Source of the DNA: Candidatus Latescibacterota bacterium
GTDB lineage: Bacteria > Latescibacterota > UBA2968 > UBA8231
Direction of reading: 5' to 3'
Length of the DNA: 64,000 nucleotides
Assembly: GCA_965243025.1 (NCBI GenBank)
Contig: CBDETY010000003.1
Location: forward strand, 1,184,001-1,248,000
Shown here: positions 8,295 through 18,830 of the stretch, piece after piece
Position numbering within the stretch: position 1 is the first letter of the stretch
Layout of the letters: every line of letters begins with the position of its first letter
Made by a program: the position numbers and the translations under genes
The notes under the pieces: generated by a model
Told to the model about the DNA's origin: nothing
The model's database searches: none
The model's input: only the letters and a program-made list of their open reading frames with translations

Positions 8295-11189
8295 TCAGTA
8301 GCGCGATCCGAGGCCGGCCTGGATGCTGATGAAGGTCAGGGCGTTGGTGTCGGTTCCGCTGCCGCCCCCGAACTGCTCGATCTTCCTCCGGTCGACGCGG
8401 AGGCCCAGCTGCAGCATCAGGCCATAACCGGCATAGGGAGAAACGTTCGACAGCTGCAGCCCGAAGGAGGTCTCGTCGAAATCCCCGGTGGGATCCCCGT
8501 CCGCCGGACCGGAGGCCGGATCCGCGACAGGGTCCTCGTCGGCGACGAAGTCGCGGAAGATGAAGCGCTCGAAGCCGATCTCGATCCGCGACCGCTTCAT
8601 GAAGGGGATCCTCGCCATCAGCGAAACCAGTCCGCTCCAGTCGTGGCGCTCGGCCCGGGGGGAGCCGAGGAAGCGCTCGATGAGATAGGGGGTGTCGTCC
8701 ATGTAGAGCTCCTGCTTCAGGCGTGGACGCAGGTCGACCCGCCCTATCTCGACGGGGCGCTCGACCTTGGCGACCAGGCCGAAGCGCCGCGTCGTTCGCC
8801 CGAGGGGGCCGCCGCTGCGATCGAGAGCGTCCTTTTGCCGCTGCCGCAGCAACTGCCAGGTCATCTTGGTCTCGGCGTTCCAGCCGGTGTTCCGCAGCCG
8901 TTCGAACCCCAGCCAGAGACGGTTGACGATCGCGTTCCTCATGCCGAGGGGATCGGCGATCTCCTGCATCAATCCCGGGGACGTCGACATGGTTCCCAGG
9001 ACCGGCGGCCGCTGCACCCACTGCACCAGGTCGTCGGGGATGTCGTCCCTGGCCACCTTGAACAGGTCGTAGAGAGTGAGGGTGCCGAGCAGGGGAAAGT
9101 TCTGTTCGTATGCCAGCAGTCCGTAGGCGGTGCGGTTGCGCTCACCGGTAGACAGCCGGCGCACCCGCTCGATGCCGGCGGTGAATCTCGCCTCGGGGGT
9201 GATCTCCGTCCCGAGGTAGGTGTTGAACCCCCGCCGCCCGCGCTTGTAGGGATAGTCCGGTTCGTTGTCGTTCTCGAAGCGGTCGCCCCAGCCGTTGTTG
9301 TTGAGGTCGAGGGCGAACAGGTACTCGGGACGGTCGACGCTGTAGCGCAGGAACGGCTCCTCGTAGTCGGGGATGTAGTTCGGCCGCACCGGAAGGTGGT
9401 TCTGGTTGAAGTCGGGGATGAAGTCGTTGTTCTCGTCGAGTCCCGGGAACACCGCATCGTCGATGGCGCCGAGAATGGGCTGCGCCCCCGGGGGGCGCTC
9501 CTCGCCGACGCGGCCGTCGTCGAAACGGCGCTGCAGGTCGTTCTTGCGGTCGTTGTCGTCGTTGTCGTCGACGAAGTCGTAGATATGGCGCACCCGCGCT
9601 TCGTCGGTATCGGCGTAGTTGACCTTTCCGAAGGTGTCGACGAAGCGGGGGCTCGTGTTGTACTCGGAATCCATCCCGAACGCCTCGGCGAAGAAATCGA
9701 ACGGGTGGAAGGACCTGCTGAGGTGGGCCATCCAGCCGACCGCTGCGCGCTTGCCCCTGATCCCCGAGGTGGTGGAGTGCTTCTCCCGCTGGCGGTTGGG
9801 GTACTGGATGAACCGGTGGTTGACGTTGGCTTCCGCGTAGGCCCGGAAACCGGCGATGTCGTCGGCCTGCAGGGTAGCTCCGAATACCTGGGTCGCCGTA
9901 GGCAACCCGTAGTCGAACACGACGGTGCGGCGGTTGGAGTTGTCCTTGACGTTGCCCGGGGCCCGGGCAACGGTGCGGAACTGCGGGGTGGCCCCGCGCG
10001 GATCGTTGTCGGTCTGGATGTCCGAGGTCATCTCGACCTTGTAGTCGTTGCTCAGGATCATGCGCAGGCGCACGGCGTGGATGCTCTCCACCAGCCCGGC
10101 GTCGGGAATAAGCTCCTCGAGATCGGGAACGTCGGGGTTCTCGTCGGAGAAGACGTACTCGATCAGGATGCGGCCGTCCTCGCCGCGCCCCTCAGCAACC
10201 CGGAAGCCGTCCCGAAGGACGCCTCCCTCGACGGTCGGAAGGAAGCCGATCTCGCTGCCGACCAGAACGGTGTCGATGTCTCCCGTTTTCGCCGCGATCT
10301 CGATGTCGGTTGAAAAGAGGATGGGGCCTCCTTCGAAATCTTCCGGGGAGTCGTCGGAGACGCGCACGATGATGCGGTTTATGCGGCTCTCGAGCTGTCC
10401 GGTGGTCAGGGTGCCGGCGAACGGGTTCTGCTGGAAGCGCTCGGAGGTGATGCGGCCGTTGTGGGCGTTGACGAAGGTGCCGCCGATGCGCACTCCGTCG
10501 CTGACGGTCAGCTCGGTCCGCCCGCCTATCAGGTTGGTGAAGTTGTTGACGAAAGAGGGGGTGGCGGCCTGCCCTGCCCCGATCACGGGGGTGTTGATTC
10601 TCGACATGAGAACCGTGGCGGAGACCCGGTCCGAGGCGTAATCGGCCATGATCCCGTTGAAGCGGGTCTTGCGGAAGGTCATCGGGGTCAGGGTCGCCCG
10701 CAGTTCGTCTCCGATCGCTATGGAGATGTGGTGCTGCCCCTTGGCGTCGTGGCTGAGCACGAGGTTGCCGAACAGGCCGCCGAACTGGCCGGTCTTGAAA
10801 ATCCCCGAGCCGTTGGAGACCGCCGGCTGTACCTGCCGCCAGTCGTAGACCAGCCAGCCCCGGGTCAGGAAGCGGCCGTACAGGTCGTAGAAGTAGCTCC
10901 CCTCGAGCTGGGAGCTGAGGTAACGGAGGTAGCGTTCGCTGGCGTAGTTGGTGTACTCCCACTGGCGGTAGTACTGGCTCGACAGCTCCTGCGGCAGGTA
11001 CCACTTCCTCAGCGAGGGAGAGACCGCCTCCATGCGCAGCGGGGTTCCGCTGCTGTAGTAGACGGTGCGCCCCTCTTCGCGGCGCCCGAGGAGGCTGCCG
11101 TAATCCTCCTGGGCAGCCACCCCGGCGGCCGCCAGGACAGCGCCGGCGAGGACCGCCCGCATCATCGCCGCTTTCATCGCCGGCGCCAT
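8295..11189 (-). CDS. Large secreted / predicted outer-membrane beta-barrel-like protein of unknown function (paralog B)
   Basis: 964 aa with signal peptide, aromatic-rich N-terminus, acidic DxNxN Ca-binding-like motifs and amphipathic beta-strands in the C-terminal third. Collinear paralog of 11206-14007. Confidence 0.75.
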   Translation of the reverse strand: MAPAMKAAMMRAVLAGAVLAAAGVAAQEDYGSLLGRREEGRTVYYSSGTPLRMEAVSPSLRKWYLPQELSSQYYRQWEYTNYASERYLRYLSSQLEGSYFYDLYGRFLTRGWLVYDWRQVQPAVSNGSGIFKTGQFGGLFGNLVLSHDAKGQHHISIAIGDELRATLTPMTFRKTRFNGIMADYASDRVSATVLMSRINTPVIGAGQAATPSFVNNFTNLIGGRTELTVSDGVRIGGTFVNAHNGRITSERFQQNPFAGTLTTGQLESRINRIIVRVSDDSPEDFEGGPILFSTDIEIAAKTGDIDTVLVGSEIGFLPTVEGGVLRDGFRVAEGRGEDGRILIEYVFSDENPDVPDLEELIPDAGLVESIHAVRLRMILSNDYKVEMTSDIQTDNDPRGATPQFRTVARAPGNVKDNSNRRTVVFDYGLPTATQVFGATLQADDIAGFRAYAEANVNHRFIQYPNRQREKHSTTSGIRGKRAAVGWMAHLSRSFHPFDFFAEAFGMDSEYNTSPRFVDTFGKVNYADTDEARVRHIYDFVDDNDDNDRKNDLQRRFDDGRVGEERPPGAQPILGAIDDAVFPGLDENNDFIPDFNQNHLPVRPNYIPDYEEPFLRYSVDRPEYLFALDLNNNGWGDRFENDNEPDYPYKRGRRGFNTYLGTEITPEARFTAGIERVRRLSTGERNRTAYGLLAYEQNFPLLGTLTLYDLFKVARDDIPDDLVQWVQRPPVLGTMSTSPGLMQEIADPLGMRNAIVNRLWLGFERLRNTGWNAETKMTWQLLRQRQKDALDRSGGPLGRTTRRFGLVAKVERPVEIGRVDLRPRLKQELYMDDTPYLIERFLGSPRAERHDWSGLVSLMARIPFMKRSRIEIGFERFIFRDFVADEDPVADPASGPADGDPTGDFDETSFGLQLSNVSPYAGYGLMLQLGLRVDRRKIEQFGGGSGTDTNALTFISIQAGLGSRY

Positions 11190-11205
11190 TGCCGTCCCGC
11201 CCCCG

Positions 11206-14007
11206 TCATTGCAGACCTGCGTACACCGTGATGAAGCTCGTCGTGAACGCCCTGACGTCGGTATCCCTCTCGAGTCCTTCGTCGCCGAGGACGATCTGCT
11301 CCTCCCAGGTGCGGATGTAGCTGAGCCCGAACTGGGTGGTCAGCCGGTATCCGAGGTAGGAACCGGTGGTCGACCACTGCAGGGCGAGCACGAGGTTCTG
11401 CTCGTCCTCCGTCGCCCCGGTGGGGCCGTCCTCGAGGAGCTCCCCCTCATCCCGCAGCAGTTCCCTGAACAGGACGAACTCCGCGCCTGTTTCGATCAGC
11501 GAGTTGCGCAGCATCGGTTGGCGCAGGAGGACGATACCCGTACCCGCCCACTCCTTGCGCCCCTCCTCGCGGATGGTGAATGCGGTCTGCTGCAGGAACT
11601 GGCTCTTGATCTTCGGATGGATGGTGAGGTCGCCGAGGCGCAGGGTGTAGTCCGCCTTGTTGATGATGCCGAAGAGGCGGGTGCTCTCCTCGAGGACGGG
11701 TCCCTGCTCGCGGATCCTGTAGGCGTCCCCCTGCTGCGAGTAGAGCTCGAACTTGAGTTTGTTGACGACGTTGAGCCTGTCGGAAGGCTGGTAGTCGAGC
11801 TGCAGGTAGGAGGAGGTGATCCAGGTGTCTCTCGCCGGCAGGATGTCCTGGACGATCGTCAGCGAGGTCGTCTCCAGGTGCGGGGTCATCTCGAAGCGGT
11901 CGTCGGGAATGCTGTCCTTGACCCGCTTCACCATCTCGAAGGCGCGCACCCGGGCGAAGGGATAGGTGCGGTCGAAGGTGAAAAGCCCGTAGGTGGCGCG
12001 GTTGCGGCGCTGGGAGGAGATGCTTTCCACCTGCAGGCGCCCCAGGGTCAGCTTGGCTTCCGGTCCGAGGAAGGAACCCCCGTAGAGGTTGAATCCGCGC
12101 TGGTCGGTGCGGTAGGGCAGGTCGGGGAGATCGTCGTTCTCGAAGCGGTCGATCCAGTTGTTGTTGTTGAGGTCGATCCCGAACAGGAACTCCGGCCGGT
12201 CGGCGTGATAGCGGAAGAACGGCTCGTCGTAGTCCGGGAGGCGGTTGTTCTTGTTGACGTTGTCGTTCTGGTTGAAATCCGAGACGAAATCGTTGTTCTC
12301 GTCCCAGCCGGGGAAGTTGAGGGGGTCCCCGGCCCCCTGGCTGAAGCGCGCCCAGTCGGGGTTGCGGTCGTAGTCGTCGTTGTCGTCGACGAACTCGTAG
12401 ATGTGGCTGCGCTGGTCGTCGTACTTGATCTCGCCGAGAGCGTCGACCAGGTAGGACTGGGTCGAGTAATCGGGGTCGAGATCGAAGGCCTCTCCGAAAA
12501 GGAAGTACGGGTAAGCCTGGCGGGAGAGGTTGATCATCCACGCCCGGGCGTCGCTGGCGTCGGTGGCGAACGAGCGGTCGGCGTCGGCGCGGGAGGGATT
12601 CGGGTACATCCGGTAGGCGCGGCTGAGATCGAGCTCGGCGTAGGCGTCGAACCCCCAGACGTCGGTGACCTCGACGTCGAAACCGTATACCATGCGCGCC
12701 GTCGGCAGGCCGTAGTCGAAGAGGATGCGCCGCTGGTTGGAGTTGTCCTTGACGTTGCCGTCGGCGACGGCGACGTCGAGCAGCGGCGGTTGCAGCAGGT
12801 CGACGTCCCGTCCCGTCATCGGCAGGGTGGGAGCCGTGGGGTTGCGGCCGGTCTGCTGGTCGGACCAGACCTGGATCCTGTAGTCGTTGGAGACCACGAG
12901 GTCGAAGCGGATGTCGACGATCTCCGTCGGCCTCGGGCCGGCGTAGGAGAGATCGTTGAAGTCGTAGTTGATGACGATCCTCTCGCCGCCGTCCGCCGCC
13001 AGGGCGCCCCCGCGCGGGGATCCGCCCGTTACCGCCGGCCACAGGGCCGGATCGGTGCTGACGTCGCGGGTCCTGTAGGTGGTCCGCTGCCTGGTGACCG
13101 CGTCCTCGGCGGTGATGACGATGTCGTGGGCGAACAGGGTGGCGCCGCCTTCGCCGTCCTCGGGGGAATCGTCGCCTAGGATCAGGGCGATTCCCGAAAC
13201 CGGCGCGCCGGTCTGGGCCGCCCCCAGGGTCCCGGCGAAGGGGCTGCGCTGGAAGGCCTCGGCGAAGGTGCGCGTGTTGTGGGCGTTGACCATGGTGGCG
13301 CCGACCTTGACGAAGTCGCCGATCTGCGCGACGCCGCGCCCCGCCATCAGGTTCGTGGCGTTGGAGGTTTCGCTCGGGTCGCGGTTGGGGGTGCTGCCAA
13401 TGGTCGGCAGGCTGACCCGCGAGAACAGCATCGTCGCCAGGTACTTGTCCGCGGCGAAATCCATCTGAACGCCGTTGAACCGGGGCTTGGAAAAGGTCAG
13501 CGGGGTCAGGGTGGTGCGGATGCGGTCCCCGACCGTGATCGAGTACGAATACTGGCCGTGCGAGTCGGAGTTGACGGTGATCGTGTTGAACCAGCTGTTG
13601 AAGCGCGGATCCTTGTAGATCGAGGATCCGAACTGGACGGGCTGGTTCTGGTTCCAGTCGTAGATCAGCCATCCCCGGGTCAGGTAGTTGCCGTAGAGGT
13701 CGTAGAAAGGCTCCCCTTCGATGAAGACGTTGACGTAGCGCTGGTAGGGATCGCGGGCGTAGTTGGTGTATTCCCACTGGCGGTAGCGGTAGTCGACGAA
13801 CAGCTCCTGGGGGATGAACCATTTCTTCACTGTCGGGTCGAGGGCGTCGAAGAGCACCCCCGACCCGCGCGGTTCGTAGGTGATCTCTCCTCCCCAGTTG
13901 CGCCCCAGGCGCCGGTCCCGGGTCTGGGCCTCGAGAATCTGGGCCGACAGTACGGCGAACAGGAGAACGGCGCCCAGACATCTCCAGCCCGGTAACGATG
14001 TTGGCAT
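11206..14007 (-). CDS. Large secreted / predicted outer-membrane beta-barrel-like protein of unknown function (paralog A)
   Basis: 933 aa with signal peptide. Shares RQWEYTNYA, FYDLYG..LTRGW, TLTP.TF...RFNG, GNVKDNSN, FDYGLPTA and DLNNN.W.DRFEND with its neighbour. Confidence 0.75.
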   Translation of the reverse strand: MPTSLPGWRCLGAVLLFAVLSAQILEAQTRDRRLGRNWGGEITYEPRGSGVLFDALDPTVKKWFIPQELFVDYRYRQWEYTNYARDPYQRYVNVFIEGEPFYDLYGNYLTRGWLIYDWNQNQPVQFGSSIYKDPRFNSWFNTITVNSDSHGQYSYSITVGDRIRTTLTPLTFSKPRFNGVQMDFAADKYLATMLFSRVSLPTIGSTPNRDPSETSNATNLMAGRGVAQIGDFVKVGATMVNAHNTRTFAEAFQRSPFAGTLGAAQTGAPVSGIALILGDDSPEDGEGGATLFAHDIVITAEDAVTRQRTTYRTRDVSTDPALWPAVTGGSPRGGALAADGGERIVINYDFNDLSYAGPRPTEIVDIRFDLVVSNDYRIQVWSDQQTGRNPTAPTLPMTGRDVDLLQPPLLDVAVADGNVKDNSNQRRILFDYGLPTARMVYGFDVEVTDVWGFDAYAELDLSRAYRMYPNPSRADADRSFATDASDARAWMINLSRQAYPYFLFGEAFDLDPDYSTQSYLVDALGEIKYDDQRSHIYEFVDDNDDYDRNPDWARFSQGAGDPLNFPGWDENNDFVSDFNQNDNVNKNNRLPDYDEPFFRYHADRPEFLFGIDLNNNNWIDRFENDDLPDLPYRTDQRGFNLYGGSFLGPEAKLTLGRLQVESISSQRRNRATYGLFTFDRTYPFARVRAFEMVKRVKDSIPDDRFEMTPHLETTSLTIVQDILPARDTWITSSYLQLDYQPSDRLNVVNKLKFELYSQQGDAYRIREQGPVLEESTRLFGIINKADYTLRLGDLTIHPKIKSQFLQQTAFTIREEGRKEWAGTGIVLLRQPMLRNSLIETGAEFVLFRELLRDEGELLEDGPTGATEDEQNLVLALQWSTTGSYLGYRLTTQFGLSYIRTWEEQIVLGDEGLERDTDVRAFTTSFITVYAGLQ

Positions 14008-14069
14008 TTATTCCCTCCCAGGTCCCCGCGATGCACGCGGGTTCAGGCGGTCCTGACCATCCATTGCGT

Positions 14070-16238
14070 TCAGTAGGCGACCGCCACGGAAGTCACCGCT
14101 GTTTCCGAGGCGGAATCGCTGTCGAGCTCGATACGCACCAGGTACATCCCCGGGGTGACCTTGATCCCCCCCTCGTCCTCGCCGTCCCATGTCACCGTGA
14201 AGCTGCCCCCGGCCTGCGGCGCCGCCAGCAGCTGACGGACACGGCGCCCGGAAAGGTCGAGCACGGAGATCGCAACCGGAGCCTCGTCGGCGAGGCGGGC
14301 GAGGTCGTACCCGATGCGGGTGCGGTCGTTGACGTCGTCCCCGTTGGGGCTGAAGACCGCCGGTTCGGCGGCGACGTTGATAAGCAGTTGCCCGCCGGCC
14401 CCCGAGATCGGGACATCGACGGACAGGCCCCGCTGCGTCGCCGTGCCGATTGCCACCACGTCGTCGTCTCCCTCTCCGAATTCGGCGACGTTGCCGGGTA
14501 TCACCTCCTGCCCGAGGGAGCTTCCCAGGCTGGCGAAGCCGCTGAACTTGGTGCCGAAGCGCAGCACCCGGGCGCGGAAGCGGATGGTGACGCGGGAGAG
14601 GCGGCCCCCCCCGAGGTCGGCTTCCGAAATGGCGGGGAAGCGCACCTGGAAGCGGTTTTCCTCCACCGCTTCGATCGCGAAGGAACCTTCGGCGCCGGAG
14701 ACCGGGGTTGACGACAGGTCCGCCCCGGAAAAGTCGGCCGCTTCGGTACGGCCGTCCGGGTAGATGACCTCGATATGCTCGATCTCCTCTACCCGGACGG
14801 GGGTTTCGATCTCGAGCCGGTCGAACCCGGTGTCGACGTCGCCCCTGATTTCGGTCGGCATCGCGGAATAGGTGAAGGTCACCGGTTCCCCGAGCCTCGC
14901 CGAGCGCGGGTGGATTTCCCCGAGCACCTGCGAGGCGGTGGGCGGGGAGGAAACCGTGAAAGCCAGGGGCCCGATCCCGGTGGCGGCGTCGAGGTCGTCG
15001 CTCCAGAACTCGATGCGGAACTGCAGGTAACGCCTCGGCCCCGGCGAAACGATCCTGACACCGATGCCGGGGTCGCCGATGTTCTCCTCGGTGACTTCCT
15101 GGTCGAGGACGTAGGGAGAGCTCCATGCGCTCCAGTTGCCCAGATCGTCGGTGATGGAACCTTTCGCCGGACCGAGATCGCGGTAGTCGCTCTCGGTCAG
15201 GGCGACCGCTTCCAGCTCTTGCCCGGTCAGGCTCGCGAACAGCTCTCTCGCCTCTTCGAGCGGCAGGCCGTCCAGTTCCACCTCCCCGGCATCGGTGCCG
15301 GCGACCGCCCCCTCTTTCCAGGGGACGTCCACCTGCGCCCCCCCGACGATGGTCGAGCGGCTGAAGACGAGGGGTGTGTCGTCGTTCCCGGTCCGGGTGC
15401 GCACCCGAACTCCCGAAAACCCGTCGAGCCCCGAGGTCTCCGCTATCCAGCGGATGCGCCCCCACAGGGCGAGGTCGTCCCCCAGGTCGAAGATGTCGGA
15501 GATGAAATCGGCGGTCGGAACGAATCCGGTGCCGAAGACGCGGAATTCCGCTATCTCGAAAGGCACCGGGGTGCGCGACTGCAGGCGGATGAAGCGGACG
15601 TACTGGGGGGGGATGGCGAGATCGACGATGGCGTCGTCGTTCGGTGCCTGCAGCGTGAAGGAGCCCCAGATCGGCTTGCCCTCGACCTGGTTGTCCTCGT
15701 CCCCGTCGTTGAGAAAAAGCTCGAAGGCCTTGAGATAATCTTCCTGAAACGGGAAATCGGGGGCCGGATAGTCAGGGTGGGCGTTGCGGGGAAAGAACTG
15801 GATTCCCCGAACTCCGAAGCGTGCCCCCAGGTCGAAATCCATCAGCATCCCGGCGACGACGGTCTCTCCCTTCCGGTCGAGAGCCGTGGTCCCGTCATTG
15901 TCGAGCATCAGGGCCAGTTGCGCCTCGATTTCGGAACCGAGAACGGTGGGAGAGGTGACGCTGCCGCCGCGTCCGAGGATTCCGAGAGAGAGGTTGATCT
16001 CCTCGCTCACCCGTTGGGGAAAGATCCAGCCCTCGCGGCCCTCGGGATCGAACTCGACGACGCCTCCGGGAGTGTTGCCCCGCCCGGCGCTCTCGGCGCC
16101 GGTCTTGAAGATCGGCTCGAGACCGCCGCCCCCGTCGCGCCAGGAACGGCCCTCCACGCCTCCCATGACAATGAGGATGTCGTCGGCATGGACGGTGCCG
16201 GCCAGCAGCAGGATGGCGACGGCTCTCGTTACGGACAT
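14070..16238 (-). CDS. Secreted protein with discoidin-like N-terminal region and FlgD-Ig/CHU_C-like C-terminal domain
   Basis: Signal peptide. C-terminus FSPNGDDVNDRTRIGYDL...DLSGRRVRQL...WDGED..G..V.PGMYL...VAVAY. Confidence 0.8.
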   Translation of the reverse strand: MSVTRAVAILLLAGTVHADDILIVMGGVEGRSWRDGGGGLEPIFKTGAESAGRGNTPGGVVEFDPEGREGWIFPQRVSEEINLSLGILGRGGSVTSPTVLGSEIEAQLALMLDNDGTTALDRKGETVVAGMLMDFDLGARFGVRGIQFFPRNAHPDYPAPDFPFQEDYLKAFELFLNDGDEDNQVEGKPIWGSFTLQAPNDDAIVDLAIPPQYVRFIRLQSRTPVPFEIAEFRVFGTGFVPTADFISDIFDLGDDLALWGRIRWIAETSGLDGFSGVRVRTRTGNDDTPLVFSRSTIVGGAQVDVPWKEGAVAGTDAGEVELDGLPLEEARELFASLTGQELEAVALTESDYRDLGPAKGSITDDLGNWSAWSSPYVLDQEVTEENIGDPGIGVRIVSPGPRRYLQFRIEFWSDDLDAATGIGPLAFTVSSPPTASQVLGEIHPRSARLGEPVTFTYSAMPTEIRGDVDTGFDRLEIETPVRVEEIEHIEVIYPDGRTEAADFSGADLSSTPVSGAEGSFAIEAVEENRFQVRFPAISEADLGGGRLSRVTIRFRARVLRFGTKFSGFASLGSSLGQEVIPGNVAEFGEGDDDVVAIGTATQRGLSVDVPISGAGGQLLINVAAEPAVFSPNGDDVNDRTRIGYDLARLADEAPVAISVLDLSGRRVRQLLAAPQAGGSFTVTWDGEDEGGIKVTPGMYLVRIELDSDSASETAVTSVAVAY

Positions 16239-16256
16239 CGGGGAATCAACCGCGAC

Positions 16257-18764
16257 TCAGTAGAGGACGTGGACCAGGCGCTGGGCCATGGCGTTTTCGG
16301 CATCCTCCTCGTCGGCGTCGATCTCGATCGCAACCAGGTAGATTCCGGGAGCAACCTTGCCGCCTCCGGCACCCTCGCCGTTCCAGGAAAGGGAGTACTC
16401 GCCGCTGGCCTCCGGGCGTTCCTCGACGATGCGGTGGACCAGGCGCCCGGACAGATCGAAAAAGCGCAGTTCCACCCGCTGTTGCCCGGTGAGGTTGGTA
16501 ACCGCGAACCGGAAGGTCGCCTCTTCATTGAGGCCGTCGCCGTTGGGGGTGAGTACCGGTGAGCTCAGGACGATCTCGCTCAGAATGCGGTCGCCGCCGA
16601 TGGGGCCGGTCAGGACCATCCCGGAGCCGGGAGCTATTTCAGTCGCGTCTCCGGAGTCGACGCGCTGCCAGGAACCGGGTTCGGCCGAGCTTCCGACCGC
16701 CGCTTGGAGGGCGGCCCCGGGGGTGTACAGCGTGGAGGTGAAGCGCAGTTCCAACAGGTCCGCGGAACGGGGAGGGACAGGTTCGTCCAGGCGCACCCGG
16801 AGCGAATCCGTGGCGCTCGGGATGACCTGCAGCTCGTCGTCCGCAATGGGTTCGACGGCGTTCCATTCCGCTTCGCGTCCGACGCGGAGCTCGGCGAACT
16901 GCAGCGCCATGCTGGAAGGAGCTGCCAGGAGGATTTCGTCGAACGCCTCTTCCTGACCCTCTATGCCGATGAACACCGAGAGGTCCTGCTCGACTCCGAC
17001 CTCGTCCACCGCAGTCGGAGCCAGCTCTCCCAGGAGCAGGGCAGCCAGCGGGGGCACGAAATTGAGCCGCACCGCGTCCAGGGATGCGGCGGCATAGGGG
17101 TCGGTCGAAAGCAGGCGCACCCGCATCATCAGCGAGCTGCGGGGGCTGGGGGAGGTGATGCGCTCTCCCGATTCGACGTAGGGCCTGCTCCAGCCGCTCC
17201 AGTCCGCGCCGGGAACGTAGATCTTCACCGAGTCACCCTTGCTGAAGAACCCGAGTGCGCGGTACGCCTCCTCGGTGACCTCGACTCCGGCCTTGTTGTA
17301 GTAGAGGTACTTTTCCGCCAGGCGGTTGCCGGTGCGGGTCTGTATCTCGACCCGGGTGCCGGGAGGGGCGACGGCGTCCCACTCGATCGACACGAGGTTC
17401 TTGGGGTCGCCGAGGCTGACCGGGTCAGCGGTGACCAGCTCGACCTCCGGCTGGTAGCCCTCGCCGTAGAGCTGGAGCTCCCGCGGCACGTAGTACTTGC
17501 CCCTGTGCGGGGACCAGTAGAGAATCTGGACGTAGCGGGCTATGACCGGGGAAAAGGTGGTGATCTCGTAGGCGTCGGTTGAACGGCCTTCGGGTTTTCC
17601 CGACTCGGTGGTCTGCGTCGTCCACGCCAGGCTGCCGTCGGGGGCCAGGCTTCCGTCGGAGGTCTGCACCAGGAAGTTGCCGAAAGGTGCCTGGGTGTCC
17701 TGGTAGTATGCCTGGAAGGTATCGACCCAGTAGCCGGCGTTCAGGTCGAAGAAGAGGGGTCTGCGGACTCCCGAGGGGCCGGCGTTGATGTTCTTCAGGC
17801 TTTCGAACTCCCCGTCGATGAGTCCGAAGATCGATTCCCCGAGGAAATCCAGGGCGATGCCGGCCCGGTCCCTGATGCCCAGGGCGAGGTTCTCACCGGT
17901 GCTGACGACCTCGAGCTCGGCCAGTCGCGGCCGCTCGCGGCGGTAATGCCGCACCGAGCCGCGGCGCTCCGGGGAGATCGCCTCGTAGGTTGCCTGACTG
18001 ATGCGGACTTCTCCGTCGGGGAGAGTCTTGTAGTAGTCGACCGCTCCCCGGTCGTCGCCGGAGAGGCCGGAATACTCCTCTTCGGAGACGCGGGCGCCCC
18101 GTTCGCCGTCGGTGGCGGTTACGACCACCTGGACGAAGCGTACCATTTCTCCTTCGTAGTCGGGGTCGTTGTTGGGCCGGGTAGGGCGCAGCGGGATTTC
18201 GAAGAGGCGTTGTTCCTTGTGGTCCCGGCGGGTGCGGAACTGCTGCTGGAAATCGAAGATCCCCTTGACCCTCTCGTCGCCGTCGGAAGTCAGCACGACG
18301 AACTGCAGGAAGGGATCCCCCCCACCCGGGGGAACGAACTTCAGCAGGATCTGTTTTGCCGAAACCAGCCGCCCGAGGTCGACCTGGAACCACCACTCCC
18401 CGAGGGGACTGTCGCCGGCCGGCTCCCAGTAGGTGGTCTCGTCGTCGTCGAACAGGTTTGCGACCGCCGCAAGGTTTGTGCCGGCCTGGAGAGCATCGGC
18501 GAGGGTCACGTCGGCGGGGTCCTTGCCACCGGGCGGGTTGCGCATGAGGTGGTCGACAATATCGCTGGTGGCATCCGAGTTCTTGGGCACGAAGTGGGGG
18601 GAGATGACCCCCCCTTCGATTTCTACCGTGCCCTGCGGAAACTGCCACTGCTCCCAGTGCGACTGGCTGTCGACCACGACCTGATCGCCGCGCACGGAGG
18701 CGGTCTGCCCCCACGCCGTTTCAATGCCGAGAAGGGCGATTGCGGCGATGGCGAAAGGCTTCAT
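16257..18764 (-). CDS. Secreted protein with discoidin(F5/8)-like domain(s) and FlgD-Ig/CHU_C-like C-terminal domain
   Basis: Signal peptide MKPFAIAAIALLG. Discoidin-like motif NLFDDDETTYW...WFQVDLGR. C-terminus LTPNGDGLNE...DLSGRLV...WNG...PGIYL...VHVLY. Confidence 0.8.
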   Translation of the reverse strand: MKPFAIAAIALLGIETAWGQTASVRGDQVVVDSQSHWEQWQFPQGTVEIEGGVISPHFVPKNSDATSDIVDHLMRNPPGGKDPADVTLADALQAGTNLAAVANLFDDDETTYWEPAGDSPLGEWWFQVDLGRLVSAKQILLKFVPPGGGDPFLQFVVLTSDGDERVKGIFDFQQQFRTRRDHKEQRLFEIPLRPTRPNNDPDYEGEMVRFVQVVVTATDGERGARVSEEEYSGLSGDDRGAVDYYKTLPDGEVRISQATYEAISPERRGSVRHYRRERPRLAELEVVSTGENLALGIRDRAGIALDFLGESIFGLIDGEFESLKNINAGPSGVRRPLFFDLNAGYWVDTFQAYYQDTQAPFGNFLVQTSDGSLAPDGSLAWTTQTTESGKPEGRSTDAYEITTFSPVIARYVQILYWSPHRGKYYVPRELQLYGEGYQPEVELVTADPVSLGDPKNLVSIEWDAVAPPGTRVEIQTRTGNRLAEKYLYYNKAGVEVTEEAYRALGFFSKGDSVKIYVPGADWSGWSRPYVESGERITSPSPRSSLMMRVRLLSTDPYAAASLDAVRLNFVPPLAALLLGELAPTAVDEVGVEQDLSVFIGIEGQEEAFDEILLAAPSSMALQFAELRVGREAEWNAVEPIADDELQVIPSATDSLRVRLDEPVPPRSADLLELRFTSTLYTPGAALQAAVGSSAEPGSWQRVDSGDATEIAPGSGMVLTGPIGGDRILSEIVLSSPVLTPNGDGLNEEATFRFAVTNLTGQQRVELRFFDLSGRLVHRIVEERPEASGEYSLSWNGEGAGGGKVAPGIYLVAIEIDADEEDAENAMAQRLVHVLY

Positions 18765-18830
18765 GGATAGCGGGTTTTCCAGATTGTCAGCGGATGCGGG
18801 TCCTGCGGCATGCACGGCCAATTCGCGTAA

